Below, one piece after another: positions 50,401-60,164 of a DNA stretch of 64,000 bases. This stretch comes from a bacterium (GTDB lineage: Bacteria > SAR324 > XYD2-FULL-50-16 > G965216635), in NCBI GenBank assembly GCA_965216635.1, contig OZ244188.1:256001-320000 (forward strand). The letters are read 5' to 3'. Position 1 is the stretch's first letter. Each line of letters opens with the position of its first letter. The position numbers were made by a program, and so were the translations under genes. The notes below the pieces were generated by a model. That model saw only the letters and a list, made by a program, of their open reading frames with translations, did not search any database and was not told the origin of the DNA.

Positions 50401-52344
50401 GTATCTGGAGATACTAATATTGTTGCAAGTGGTTTTGAAAATTACGGAACTTTTAATGTAGGCAACTTAAATATTACAACAACAAATAATGGTAACTTTA
50501 CCAATTATAATTCCGCAAGCATCAACGCAGATAGCTTCAATGTTAATACACTTGTATTTACCAATGAAGTGAATGCTACTATCACCGCTAGTGAATGCAA
50601 CATTACCTCTCTTTCTCTTATTGATAACGGCACTATTACCTGTGGTATTGGAATAGAAATTATTGACATAGCACGTCCAGACGCTAACGGACTTTCTAAC
50701 AATACCTATACTGATTTTAATATTCTTAGCAGTGGAATTATCCTTAACAACAGCGTTTCTGATGGACAATCTCAATTAGCAGGTGATATTTTAGCAAACC
50801 CGAATTATAGCGGAATTGCAGCAAGCCTTATCTTAAACCAAGTTTCAGGCAGTAATATTAGTTTATTAGAGGGAGCTTTAGAAGTGTTTGGTGCTAATGC
50901 AGCGGTGATTATAGCCAATCCTAATGGAATCGCCTGTAATGGTTGTAGTTTTATCAATGCGAATAGAGTGGATTTGGTTACGGGTAGTGGTTATAACGCA
51001 AACACAAATACATTCGGAACTATAGAAAATATTGCTATTAGTGTAGGAAATAAGGGTTTAAACGCTTCTTCATCAAGTATTTTAAATATACAAGCAGGTA
51101 GCTTTACTAATACCGGACAAGTTGATGCAGATACTTTCAATCTTTCTGTAGGCGGTGATTTTGACTATGTTGCTGATAGAGGAACTATTAATACTAACAG
51201 TTTTAATCTCAATGTTGGTGGTAATTTTAGCAACAACGATGCAGCCAATGATTTTACTTGGGGTGAAAATAATAGCCTTAGTGTGACTGGAAATGTTGAT
51301 ATTACCACAAGAAATTTTACTCAATCTGGTGCAGTAGATGTTAATGGAATTTTTACTATTAATGCGAATAGGTTTGTTTATGGGGATACAAACAATGATT
51401 TTACTTTGGGTGCAAACGATAGTTTAGTTGTGTCTGGAGATGTTGATATTGCCACAAGAAATTTTACTAATACTGGCGGAGTGGTTAGTGCCGATACTTT
51501 AAATATAACAGCAGAGGCTCTTATTCGTAATGCTGGAACTATTACTGCTAATGCTTTGACTATTGATACAAATAGCATTCATAATCCAGGAAATATTACC
51601 GCCACCTATTTGGCTATCACAGCAGCAAACGATGTTTTTTCAGGGGGAAGCATCACAACTTCTACTTTGAATATTGAGACTGGAAGGAACTTTGCCAACC
51701 ACGGAGATATTATTGCTAATAACTCTTTTGAAATTACCTCTGGAAATACAGTTCAAAACCACGGATCTATTGTTTCTGATAGCTTAGATATAACTGCAGA
51801 GGATTATTTTAGAAACTTAAAAGGCGGGGATATTAATGTAGCTACTTTAAATATCACAGCTGGAGGTAAGGTGACAAATATAGCTACTATTACTGCTGGA
51901 ACTTTGAATATTACAGCAAATAACGACTCCTCTAGAACAGGCGATACGACAGGCTTTTATGTTGCTAACCGAGGAGATATTACTGCAGATACTTTAAACA
52001 TAACAGCAGCAGATAATTTTTATAACCGAGGAGATATTAGCGCAAATACTTCCGAGATCACTGCAAAAAATATTTTTTTCCTTAATACAGAAATAGCTAG
52101 TTATACAGGCACTTATGATGGCGGAGATATTTCTCTTACAGGAACTTCTAGTTTTACAACAACTGGTACAATAGAAAACTACGGATTGATAGATCTCAAT
52201 GGTTCTAATTTAGATATTACAGCGGAGACATTTATCAACCATTCAGGTGCTATTATTAGAAATGGTATGTTAAACCTCAATGTTGAATCTTCCACTGACA
52301 ATGGCGCTATTACTGCCATAACCAACATAATCAACAATCAATAG
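47416..52344 (+). CDS. Filamentous haemagglutinin-like TpsA exoprotein 3 (1642 aa) with a second internal TPS domain
   Basis: N-terminal ANPNGITCSGCGFIN and internal ANPNGIACNGCSFIN; more than 20 variable 21-aa repeats. Confidence 0.88.
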   Translation: MKRILPLLLLFVLSIPFIKSNVVFAQTTTHTIVRPDSNGLSNNQVTDFDVNADGAILNNSAAGGTAQLGSTAVSANPNITAGSEAELILFQVTSATNTSELSGKIEVFGRKNDNKAALIIANPNGITCSGCGFINASKVDLVTGTANFTAGELTNFSIDGSAQLRASTTGGGFLSDALVDELNLVSRYIIAEDSAQIKANDTLRVLAGNETYNPYNNTITSSSLLNPSTYPISLASNSNLEANSIELLSAETSYGIYNDGGNISADTLRIDSGGYFRNHSSATIDAGSFNVTAGAEFRNSSTIDAVSFNVTAAGQFINHSAAINADSFNVTAGTRFRNNSTINADSFNVTAEDDFSNEFPGATINADSFNVTAGDYFYNENSATINAASFNVTTGKGFENQSSATINAASFNVTTGKGFENQSSATINADSVTIEVTDFDDDIENIGTVSADTLNLILTNDFTNTSTSLNGFTFNNLGVSTDGYFDNRTDLTVNNFNVTAGDYFRNQHGATIEADSFNVTTGTFFNSSTSTIEADSFNVTTGTYFDNDYSSTIEADSFNVTTGTYFDNGSRSATINAGNFNVTTGTYFSNENSATINADSFDVTTGAGFYNRNSATIDADSFNVTVGTSFINSSAMIDAADSFNVTTGTDFSNDYYATISADSFNVTAGDDFYNNEFSTINAGSFNVTAGDSFNNQNSSTIDADSFNVTAGTNFNNRNSATINTDSFNVTAGNGFSNYNYATIKADSFDVTTRKSFVNNKATINADSFNVTAGTYFDSRFYATINADSFNVTAGDGFSNYDSATINADNVNVTVTGDFGNSASINAATLLNITLTDAAAIFYNTGGTARGDITANTFNLSVAGDLDYTDRGTINSNSFNLNVGGDFSNNNAANDFTWGANDSLVVAGTASVVANNFNNSGTINANSFDITASNSFSNTGGVASADTFNLSVGADFDYVADRGTINSNSFNLNVGGDFSNNDAANDFTWGANDILTVSGDTNIVASGFENYGTFNVGNLNITTTNNGNFTNYNSASINADSFNVNTLVFTNEVNATITASECNITSLSLIDNGTITCGIGIEIIDIARPDANGLSNNTYTDFNILSSGIILNNSVSDGQSQLAGDILANPNYSGIAASLILNQVSGSNISLLEGALEVFGANAAVIIANPNGIACNGCSFINANRVDLVTGSGYNANTNTFGTIENIAISVGNKGLNASSSSILNIQAGSFTNTGQVDADTFNLSVGGDFDYVADRGTINTNSFNLNVGGNFSNNDAANDFTWGENNSLSVTGNVDITTRNFTQSGAVDVNGIFTINANRFVYGDTNNDFTLGANDSLVVSGDVDIATRNFTNTGGVVSADTLNITAEALIRNAGTITANALTIDTNSIHNPGNITATYLAITAANDVFSGGSITTSTLNIETGRNFANHGDIIANNSFEITSGNTVQNHGSIVSDSLDITAEDYFRNLKGGDINVATLNITAGGKVTNIATITAGTLNITANNDSSRTGDTTGFYVANRGDITADTLNITAADNFYNRGDISANTSEITAKNIFFLNTEIASYTGTYDGGDISLTGTSSFTTTGTIENYGLIDLNGSNLDITAETFINHSGAIIRNGMLNLNVESSTDNGAITAITNIINNQ

Positions 52345-52577
52345 ATTAGTTCGGTTTTATCCTTAAAATCAAGGAAAAAGCCTATACCAACTACTTTCCA
52401 TACAGGCTATAGAAAAAGCACTTTTTCTACGCCATTAAATAAAAATTCAACACACAGCAAAGAAAAAATTCAGCACACAGCAAAGACGAAGTGCAAACTG
52501 GAATTTTTTAAGGAAAAGCTATCTGACAAGGAAGTTTTTTTGCTAAAAACTATATTTCATATCTGAAAGAAATTAGT

Positions 52578-54715
52578 TTTTGCTAAAAATTGTATTTTAT
52601 ACTTTCGGAAAAACAAAAAGAGTAAAAATTTTGCGTTAAGCAAAAACGAACTGCAAAAGAGCCAGTGGCTCTTTTCCAATAATATGTTTGAAATTTAAAG
52701 CAAAAAAGTTTTTTTTGTTAAAAATAATATTTCATGCTTTCGGAAAAGCAAAAAGAGTAAAAATTTAGCGTTAAGCAAAAACGAACTGCAAAAGAGCCAC
52801 TGACTCTTTTGCAATAATATGTTTGAAATTTAAAGCAAAAAGGCGTATTAATGCCTAATTCAATGAGAAATTAAACATTGCAGGGGTTTTTTGCTAAAAA
52901 TTGTATTTTATATTTTCGGAAAAGCAAAAAGAGTAAAAATTTAGCGTTAAGCAAAAACGAACTACAAAAGAGCCAAATGGTTATACCAGTGGCTCTTTTG
53001 CAATAATATATGTTTGAAATTTAAAGCAAAAAGGCGTATTAATGCCTAATTCAATGAGAAATTAAACATTGCAGGGGACATTTGCTAAAAACTATATTTT
53101 TAATCTTTCGGAAAAGCAAAAAGAGTGAAAATTTAGCGTTAAGCAAAAACGAACTGCAAAAGAGCCAAATGGTCATACCAGTGACTCTTTTGCAATAATA
53201 TGTTTGAAATTTAAAGCAAAAAGGCGTATTAATGCCTAATTCAATGAGAAATTAAACATTGCAGGGGCTATTTGCTAAAAACTATATTTTTAATCTTTCG
53301 GAAAAGCAAAAAGAGTAAAAATTTAGCGTTAAGCAAAAACGAACTGCAAAAGAGCCAGTGGCTCTTTTGCAATAATATGTTTGAAATTTAAAGCAAAAAA
53401 GTTTTTTTTACTAAAAATTGTATTTTATACTTTCGGAAAAGCAAAAAGAGTAAAAATTTAGCATTAAGCAAAAACGAACTGCAAAAGAGCCAAATGGTCA
53501 TACCAGTGGCTCTTTTGCAATAATATGTTTGAAATTTAAAGCAAAAAGGCGTATTAATGCCTAATTCAATGAGAAATTAAACATTGCAGGGGTTTTTTGC
53601 TAAAAATTGTATTTTATACTTCCGGAAAAGCAAAAATAGTAAAAATTTAGCGTTAAGCAAAAACGAACTGCAAAAGAGCCACTGACTCTTTTGCAATAAT
53701 ATGTTTGAAATTTAAAGCAAAAAGGCGTATTAATGCCTAATTCAATGAGAAATTAAACATTGCAGGGGTTTTTTGCTAAAAATTGTATTTTATATTTTCG
53801 GAAAAGCAAAAAGAGTAAAAATTTAGCGTTAAGCAAAAACGAACTACAAAAGAGCCACTGGTATGACCATTTGGCTCATACCAGTGGCTCTTTTGCAATA
53901 ATATGTTTGAAATTTAAAGCAAAAAGGCGTATTAATGCCTAATTCAATGAGAAATTAAACATTGCAGGGTTTTTTTTGCTAAAAATTGTATTTTTTACTT
54001 TCGGAAAAGCAAAAAGAGTGAAAATTTAACGTTAAGCAAAAACGAACTGCAAAAGAGCCAAATGGTTATACCAGTGGCTCTTTTGCAATAATATATGTTT
54101 GAAATTTAAAGCAAAAAGGCGTATTAATGCCTAATTCAATGAGAAATTAAACATTGCAGGGGACATTTGCTAAAAACTATATTTTTAATCTTGACAAAGA
54201 ATTTTTTTTTTGCTAAAGACTATATTTTTTACTTGATTCAGAAGTTTTTTTGCTAAAAATTGTATTTTATACTTTCGGAAAAGCAAAAAGAGTAAAAATT
54301 TAGCGTTAAGCAAAAACGAACTGCAAAAGAGCCAGTGGCTCTTTTGCAATAATATGTTTGAAATTTAAAGCAAAAAAGTTTTTTTTACTAAAAATTGTAT
54401 TTTATATTTTCGGAAAAGCAAAAAGAGTAAAAATTTAACGTTAAGCAAAAACGAACTGCAAAAGAGCCAAATGGTTATACCAGTGGCTCTTTTGCAATAA
54501 TATATGTTTGAAATTTAAAGCAAAAAGGCGTATTAATGCCTAATTCAATGAGAAATTAAACATTGCAGGGGCTATTTGCTAAAAACTATATTTTTAATCT
54601 TTCGGAAAAGCAAAAAGAGTAAAAATTTAGCGTTAAGCAAAAACGAACTGCAAAAGAGCCAGTGGCTCTTTTGCAATAATATGTTTGAAATTTAAAGCAA
54701 AAAAGTTTTTTTTGC
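52578..54715. repeat. Tandem hairpin array 3 (12 units)
   Basis: Twelve T(T/C)CGGAAAA(G/A)CAAAAA units carrying the same hairpin. Confidence 0.95.
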
Positions 54716-54774
54716 TAAAGACTATATTTTTTACTTGATTCAGAAGTTTTTTTGCTAAAAATTGTATTTTATAC

Positions 54775-54802
54775 TTGACAAATAAGTTTTTTTTGCTAAA
54801 CT
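54775..54802 (+). promoter_or_regulatory. Sigma70-like promoter of TpsA-4
   Basis: TTGACA-N16(T8)-TAAACT. Confidence 0.6.
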
Positions 54803-54826
54803 ATACAAACTTACTTTTTTTTATTA

Positions 54827-54903
54827 TAGACCTTTGAATTTCGCTGATGCGACGGCTGGGCTAAACAGCTAGTTTTGTCCTATTTGGCAAATTCAAAAGT
54901 TTA
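54827..54903. mobile_element. MITE, short form
   Basis: TAGACCTTTGAATTTC...CAAATTCAAAAGTTTA. Confidence 0.82.
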
Positions 54904-54934
54904 TATTATTAAAAATCAACCTAATCGTATAATT

Positions 54935-57900
54935 ATGAAAAAAATACTACCCTTATTACTGTTGTTTGTTTTGAGTATCCCCTTTATTAAAAGCAATGTT
55001 GTTTTTGCTCAAGCAACAATTGATATAGCAACACCTTATGCAAACGGGCTTTCTAACAATCAAGTTGCCGATTTTGATGTCAACGCAGATGGAGCTATTT
55101 TAAACAATAGCGCAGCTGGAGGCACAGCCCAGCTAAGCGATACAGCAGTCAGCGCCAATCCCAATATTACAGCAGGTAGAGAAGCAGAACTTATTCTATT
55201 CCAAGTAACAGGAAGCACTACTAGTGAGTTAGGCGGAAAAATAGAAGTATTTGGTAGTGAAGCAGGATTAATTATAGCCAATCCGAATGGAATCACCTGT
55301 AGTGGTTGCGGCTTTATCAATGCTAGCAAGGTAGATCTAGTTACAGGCACAGCCAATATTACAGCTGGCAACGATTTGACTGATTTTAGTATAGACGGTA
55401 ACGCACAACTCCGTGCGAGCACAACAGGAGGAGGCTTTTTAAGCGATAGCGATGCTTTGGTAGACGAATTAAACTTAGTGTCTCGTTACATAAGAGCTGA
55501 GGATTCCGCTCAAATCAAAGCTAACGATACTTTAAGAATTTTAGCTGGAAATGAAACTTACAATCCATACAACAATACTATTACTTCTAGTTCTCTTTTA
55601 AATCCCAGCACAAATCCAATAGATTTAGCATCTAATAGCAACCTAGAAGCAAACTCCATTGAACTAATAAACACAGAAATTTCAACTTCTTATGGTATTT
55701 ACAATAGAGCAAACATATCTGCTGACACACTAAGGATAGATTCAAGGGGCTATTTCCGAAATCGCAATTCCGCAACGATTAACGCGAATAGCTTCAATGT
55801 CACAACTGGAACTGGCTTTCAAAATAGAGATTTAGTAACGATTAACGCAGATAGTTTTAATGTTACAACTGGAACTGGCTTTAGCAACAGCCATTCCGCA
55901 ACGATTAACGCAGGTAGCCTTGATGTCACAACTGGAACTCAATTTGCCAACTACATCGCAACGATTAACGCAGATAGTTTTAATGTTACAGCTGGAACTT
56001 GGTTTCGCAATAACAATTCCGCAATAATCGCAGATAGTTTTAATGTTACAATTGGAACTTACTTTGACAATGCAAATCACGCAACGATTAACACAGATAA
56101 CTTTAATGTTACGGTAGGAGATAACTTTACCAATTATAATTCCGCAACGATTAACGCAGTTAGCTTTAATGTTACCGCTGGAGATGATTTTTTAAACCGC
56201 ACTTCCGCAAGGATTGACGCAGATAACGTGACGATTGAAGTAACGGACTTTGCTGCTGATATTGAAAACACCGCAACTGTTGCAGCAGATACTTTAAATT
56301 TTATTCTCACCAATGATTTCAGCAGCGATAGCAGCTCTTTTAGTGGTTTTACTTTCAATAATTTAGGAGTTTCTACAGACGGTTATTTTGATAATCAAGC
56401 CGACCTAGTTGTGGATAGTTTCAATGTCATAACTGGAACTATATTTCAGAACCAAGCAACGATTAACGCAGATAACTTCAATGTCGCAGCTGGAACTGAC
56501 TTTCAAAATATAAATTCCGCAACGATTAACGCAGATAACTTCAATGTCACAGCTGGAGATGGGTTTAGCAATTACGATTCCGCAACGATTAACGCAGATA
56601 ACGTGAATGTTACGGTTACAGGTGACTTTGGAAACTACGCTAGCATTAACGCCGCTACCCTTTTGAATATCACATTGACTGACGCAGCTGGTAGTTTTTC
56701 TAATACTGGCGGAGTAGCTAGTGCAGATATTTTCAATCTTTCTATAGCAGGCGATTTTGACGATACGAATAGAGGCACTATTAATTCTAACAGTTTCAAT
56801 CTCAATGTTGGTGGTGATTTTAGCAACAACGATGCAAACAACGATTTTACTTGGGGCGAAAATAATAGCCTCAATGTGACTGGAACTGCTTCTGTTTTTG
56901 CAAATAGTTTTAATAATAGCGGAACTCTAAATGCTAATAGCTTTGATATTACAGCAACGGATCTTACTAACACTGGAACTATTAGTGCTAATACTACTTT
57001 GAATACAACATTGAGTAGCACAGCAAGTAACAGTTTTTCTAATACTGGCGGAGTAGCTAGTGCAGATATTTTCAATCTTTCTGTAGCGGGCGATCTTGAT
57101 TATACTAATAGAGGGACTATTAATACTAACAACTTCAATCTCAATGTTGGTGGTGATTTTAGCAACAACGATGCAGCTAACGATTTCACTTGGGGTGAAA
57201 ATAATAGCCTTAGTGTGACTGGAACTGCTTCTGTTTTTGCAAATAGTTTTAATAATAGCGGAACCCTAAATGCTAATGGCTTTGATATTACAGCAACGGA
57301 TCTTACTAACACTGGAACTATTAGTGTTAATACTACTTTGAATACAACATTGAGTAGCACAGCAAGTAACAGTTTTGATAATAATGGAGGAGTAGCTAGT
57401 GCAGATACATTCAATCTTTCTGTAGCGGGAGATCTTGATTATATTAGCGATTTTCTAAACAATGGAACTATTAATTCTAACAGCTTCAATCTCAATGTAG
57501 GTGGTAATTTTAGCAACAACGATGCAAACAATGATTTTATTTGGGGTAAAAATAATAGCCTTACTGTGACTGGAACTGCTTCTGTTATTGCAAATAGTTT
57601 TAATAATAGCGGAACTCTAAATGCTAATAGCTTTGATATTACAGCAACGGATCTTACTAACACTGGAACTATTAGTGCTAATACTACTTTGAATACAACA
57701 TTGAGTAGCACAGCAAGTAACAGTTTTTCTAATACTGGCGGAATTGCTAGTGCAGATACATTCAATCTTTCTGTAGGCGGTGATTTTGACTATGTTGCTG
57801 ATAGAGGAACGATTAATACTAACAGCTTCAATCTCAATGTAGGTGGTAATTTTAGCAACAACGATGCGGCTAACGATTTTAATTGGGGTGCAAATAATAG

Positions 57901-59653
57901 CCTTACTGTGACTGGAACTGCTTCTGTTATTGCAAATAATTTTAATAATAGCGGAACCCTAAATGCTAATAGCTTTGATATTACAGCAACGGATCTTACT
58001 AACACTGGAACTATTAGTGCTAATACTACTTTGAATACAACATTGAGTAGCACAGCAAGTAACAGTTTTTCTAATACTGGAGGAGTAGCTAGTGCAGATA
58101 CTTTCAATCTTTCTGTAGCGGGTGATTTTGACTATGTTGCTGATAGAGGGACTATTAATACTAACAACTTCAATCTCAATGTTGGCGGTAATTTTAGCAA
58201 CAACGATGCAACCAATGATTTCACTTGGGGTGAAAATAATAGCCTTAATGTGACTGGAACTGCTTCTGTTTTTGCAAATAGTTTTAATAATAGCGGAACT
58301 CTAAATGCTAATAGCTTTGATATTACAGCAACGGATCTTACTAACACTGGAACTATTAGTGTTAATACTACTTTAAATACAACATTGAGTAGTAATGCAA
58401 GTAACAGTTTTTCTAATACTGGAGGAGTAGCTAGTGCAGATACATTCAATCTTTCTGTAGCGGGTGATTTTGACTATGTTGCTGATAGAGGAACTATTAA
58501 TACTAACAGCTTCAATCTCAATGTTGGTGGTAATTTTAGCAACAACGATGCAGCCAATGATTTTACTTGGGGTGCAAACAATAGTTTAGTTGTGTCTGGA
58601 AATGCTGATATTACCACAAGAAATTTTACTCAATCTGGTGCAGTAGATGTTAATGGAATTTTGACTATTAATGCGAATAGGTTTGTTTATAGAGATACAA
58701 ACAATGATTTTACTTTGGGTGCAAACGATAGTTTAGTTGTGTCTGGAGATGTTGATATTGCCACAATAAATTTTACTAATACTGGCGGAGTGGTTAGTGC
58801 CGATACTTTAAATATAACAGCAGAGGCTCTTATTCGTAATGCTGGAACTATTACTACTAATGCTTTGACTATTGATACAGATAGCATTCATAATGCAGGA
58901 AATATTACCGCCACCTATTTGGCTATCACAGCAATAAATGATGTTTTTTCAGGGGGAAGCATCACAACTTCTACTTTGAATGTTGATACTGGAAGGAACT
59001 TTGCCAACCACGGAGATATTATTGCTAATAACTCTTTTGAAATCACCTCTGGAAATACAGTTCAAAACCACGGATCTATTGTTTCTGATAGCTTAGATAT
59101 AACTGTAGCGGATTATTTTAGAAACTTAAAAGGCGGGGATATTAATGTAGCTACTTTAAATATCACAGCTGGAGGCAAGGTTACAAATATAGCTACTATT
59201 ACTGCTGGAACTTTGAATATTACAGCAAAGAATGACTCCTCCAGAACAGACGATACGACAGGCTTTTATGTTGCTAACCGAGGAGATATTCAGGCAAATA
59301 CTCTAAACATAACAGCAGCAGATAATTTTTATAACCGAGGAGATATTAACGCAAATACTTCCGAGATCACTGCAAAAAATATTTTTTTCCTTAATACAGA
59401 AATAGCTAGTTTTTATGCTTCTGGAGGCACTTATGATGGTGGAGATATTTCTCTAAACGGGGATTCTAGTTTTACAGCTACTGACAGACTGGTTAACTAC
59501 GGATTGATAGATCTCAATGATTCTAATTTAGATATTACAGCGGAGACATTTATCAATCAAGAAGACGCTACCATTGATGCTGCTACATTAAACCTCAATG
59601 TTAACTCCTTCATTGATGAGGGCACTATTACTGCCATAACCAACAATCAATAG
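54935..59653 (+). CDS. Filamentous haemagglutinin-like TpsA exoprotein 4 (1572 aa)
   Basis: Signal peptide, TPS domain, 21-aa repeats, and a ~113-117-aa module repeated about five times (56.7-58.5 kb). Confidence 0.88.
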   Translation: MKKILPLLLLFVLSIPFIKSNVVFAQATIDIATPYANGLSNNQVADFDVNADGAILNNSAAGGTAQLSDTAVSANPNITAGREAELILFQVTGSTTSELGGKIEVFGSEAGLIIANPNGITCSGCGFINASKVDLVTGTANITAGNDLTDFSIDGNAQLRASTTGGGFLSDSDALVDELNLVSRYIRAEDSAQIKANDTLRILAGNETYNPYNNTITSSSLLNPSTNPIDLASNSNLEANSIELINTEISTSYGIYNRANISADTLRIDSRGYFRNRNSATINANSFNVTTGTGFQNRDLVTINADSFNVTTGTGFSNSHSATINAGSLDVTTGTQFANYIATINADSFNVTAGTWFRNNNSAIIADSFNVTIGTYFDNANHATINTDNFNVTVGDNFTNYNSATINAVSFNVTAGDDFLNRTSARIDADNVTIEVTDFAADIENTATVAADTLNFILTNDFSSDSSSFSGFTFNNLGVSTDGYFDNQADLVVDSFNVITGTIFQNQATINADNFNVAAGTDFQNINSATINADNFNVTAGDGFSNYDSATINADNVNVTVTGDFGNYASINAATLLNITLTDAAGSFSNTGGVASADIFNLSIAGDFDDTNRGTINSNSFNLNVGGDFSNNDANNDFTWGENNSLNVTGTASVFANSFNNSGTLNANSFDITATDLTNTGTISANTTLNTTLSSTASNSFSNTGGVASADIFNLSVAGDLDYTNRGTINTNNFNLNVGGDFSNNDAANDFTWGENNSLSVTGTASVFANSFNNSGTLNANGFDITATDLTNTGTISVNTTLNTTLSSTASNSFDNNGGVASADTFNLSVAGDLDYISDFLNNGTINSNSFNLNVGGNFSNNDANNDFIWGKNNSLTVTGTASVIANSFNNSGTLNANSFDITATDLTNTGTISANTTLNTTLSSTASNSFSNTGGIASADTFNLSVGGDFDYVADRGTINTNSFNLNVGGNFSNNDAANDFNWGANNSLTVTGTASVIANNFNNSGTLNANSFDITATDLTNTGTISANTTLNTTLSSTASNSFSNTGGVASADTFNLSVAGDFDYVADRGTINTNNFNLNVGGNFSNNDATNDFTWGENNSLNVTGTASVFANSFNNSGTLNANSFDITATDLTNTGTISVNTTLNTTLSSNASNSFSNTGGVASADTFNLSVAGDFDYVADRGTINTNSFNLNVGGNFSNNDAANDFTWGANNSLVVSGNADITTRNFTQSGAVDVNGILTINANRFVYRDTNNDFTLGANDSLVVSGDVDIATINFTNTGGVVSADTLNITAEALIRNAGTITTNALTIDTDSIHNAGNITATYLAITAINDVFSGGSITTSTLNVDTGRNFANHGDIIANNSFEITSGNTVQNHGSIVSDSLDITVADYFRNLKGGDINVATLNITAGGKVTNIATITAGTLNITAKNDSSRTDDTTGFYVANRGDIQANTLNITAADNFYNRGDINANTSEITAKNIFFLNTEIASFYASGGTYDGGDISLNGDSSFTATDRLVNYGLIDLNDSNLDITAETFINQEDATIDAATLNLNVNSFIDEGTITAITNNQ

Positions 59654-59908
59654 AGTATTAGTTCGGTTTTATCCTTAAAATAAAGGAAAAAGCTTATACC
59701 AACTACTTTCCATACAGGCTATAGAAAAAGCACTTTTTCTACGCCATTAAATAAAAATTCAACACACAGCAAAGAAAAAATTCAGCACACAGCAAAGACG
59801 AAGTGCAAACTGGAATTTTTTAAGGAAAAACTACCTGACAAGGAAGTTTTTTTACTAAAAACTATATTTACTACATTTCTTGTTTTGATTTTAGACTGGA
59901 ATAGATTA

Positions 59909-60124
59909 CTGGCTTTTTCTGGCTGGCTTCTTCTTGCTGGCTTTTTCTGGCTGGCTTCCTACTAGCTTCTCCTTATTGGCTTTTTCTGGCTGGCTTCTTC
60001 TTGCTGGCTTTTTCTGGCTGGCTTCCTACTAGCTTCTCCTTATTGGCTTTTTCTTACTGGTTTCTTCTTACTGGTTTCTTCCTACTGGCTTTTTCTGGCT
60101 GGCTTCTTCTTGCTGGCTTTTTCT
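59909..60124. repeat. Pyrimidine-rich minisatellite (CTGGCTTTTTCTGGCTGGCTTCTTCTTG-type)
   Basis: Degenerate nested tandem units between the convergent TpsA-4 and MFS genes. Confidence 0.85.
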
Positions 60125-60164
60125 AAAGTTAAAATATGGCTCTGTAAAATTAGGCTAAAAAATC

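Noticed and set aside
39600..54715. CRISPR or other guide-RNA array
   Set aside because: Units are 135-230 bp with only a few recurring loop variants. There are no unique spacers and no cas or other effector gene nearby.
36763..59653. CdiA contact-dependent inhibition toxins
   Set aside because: No VENN/pre-toxin motif, C-termini are conserved rather than variable, and there are no immunity ORFs.
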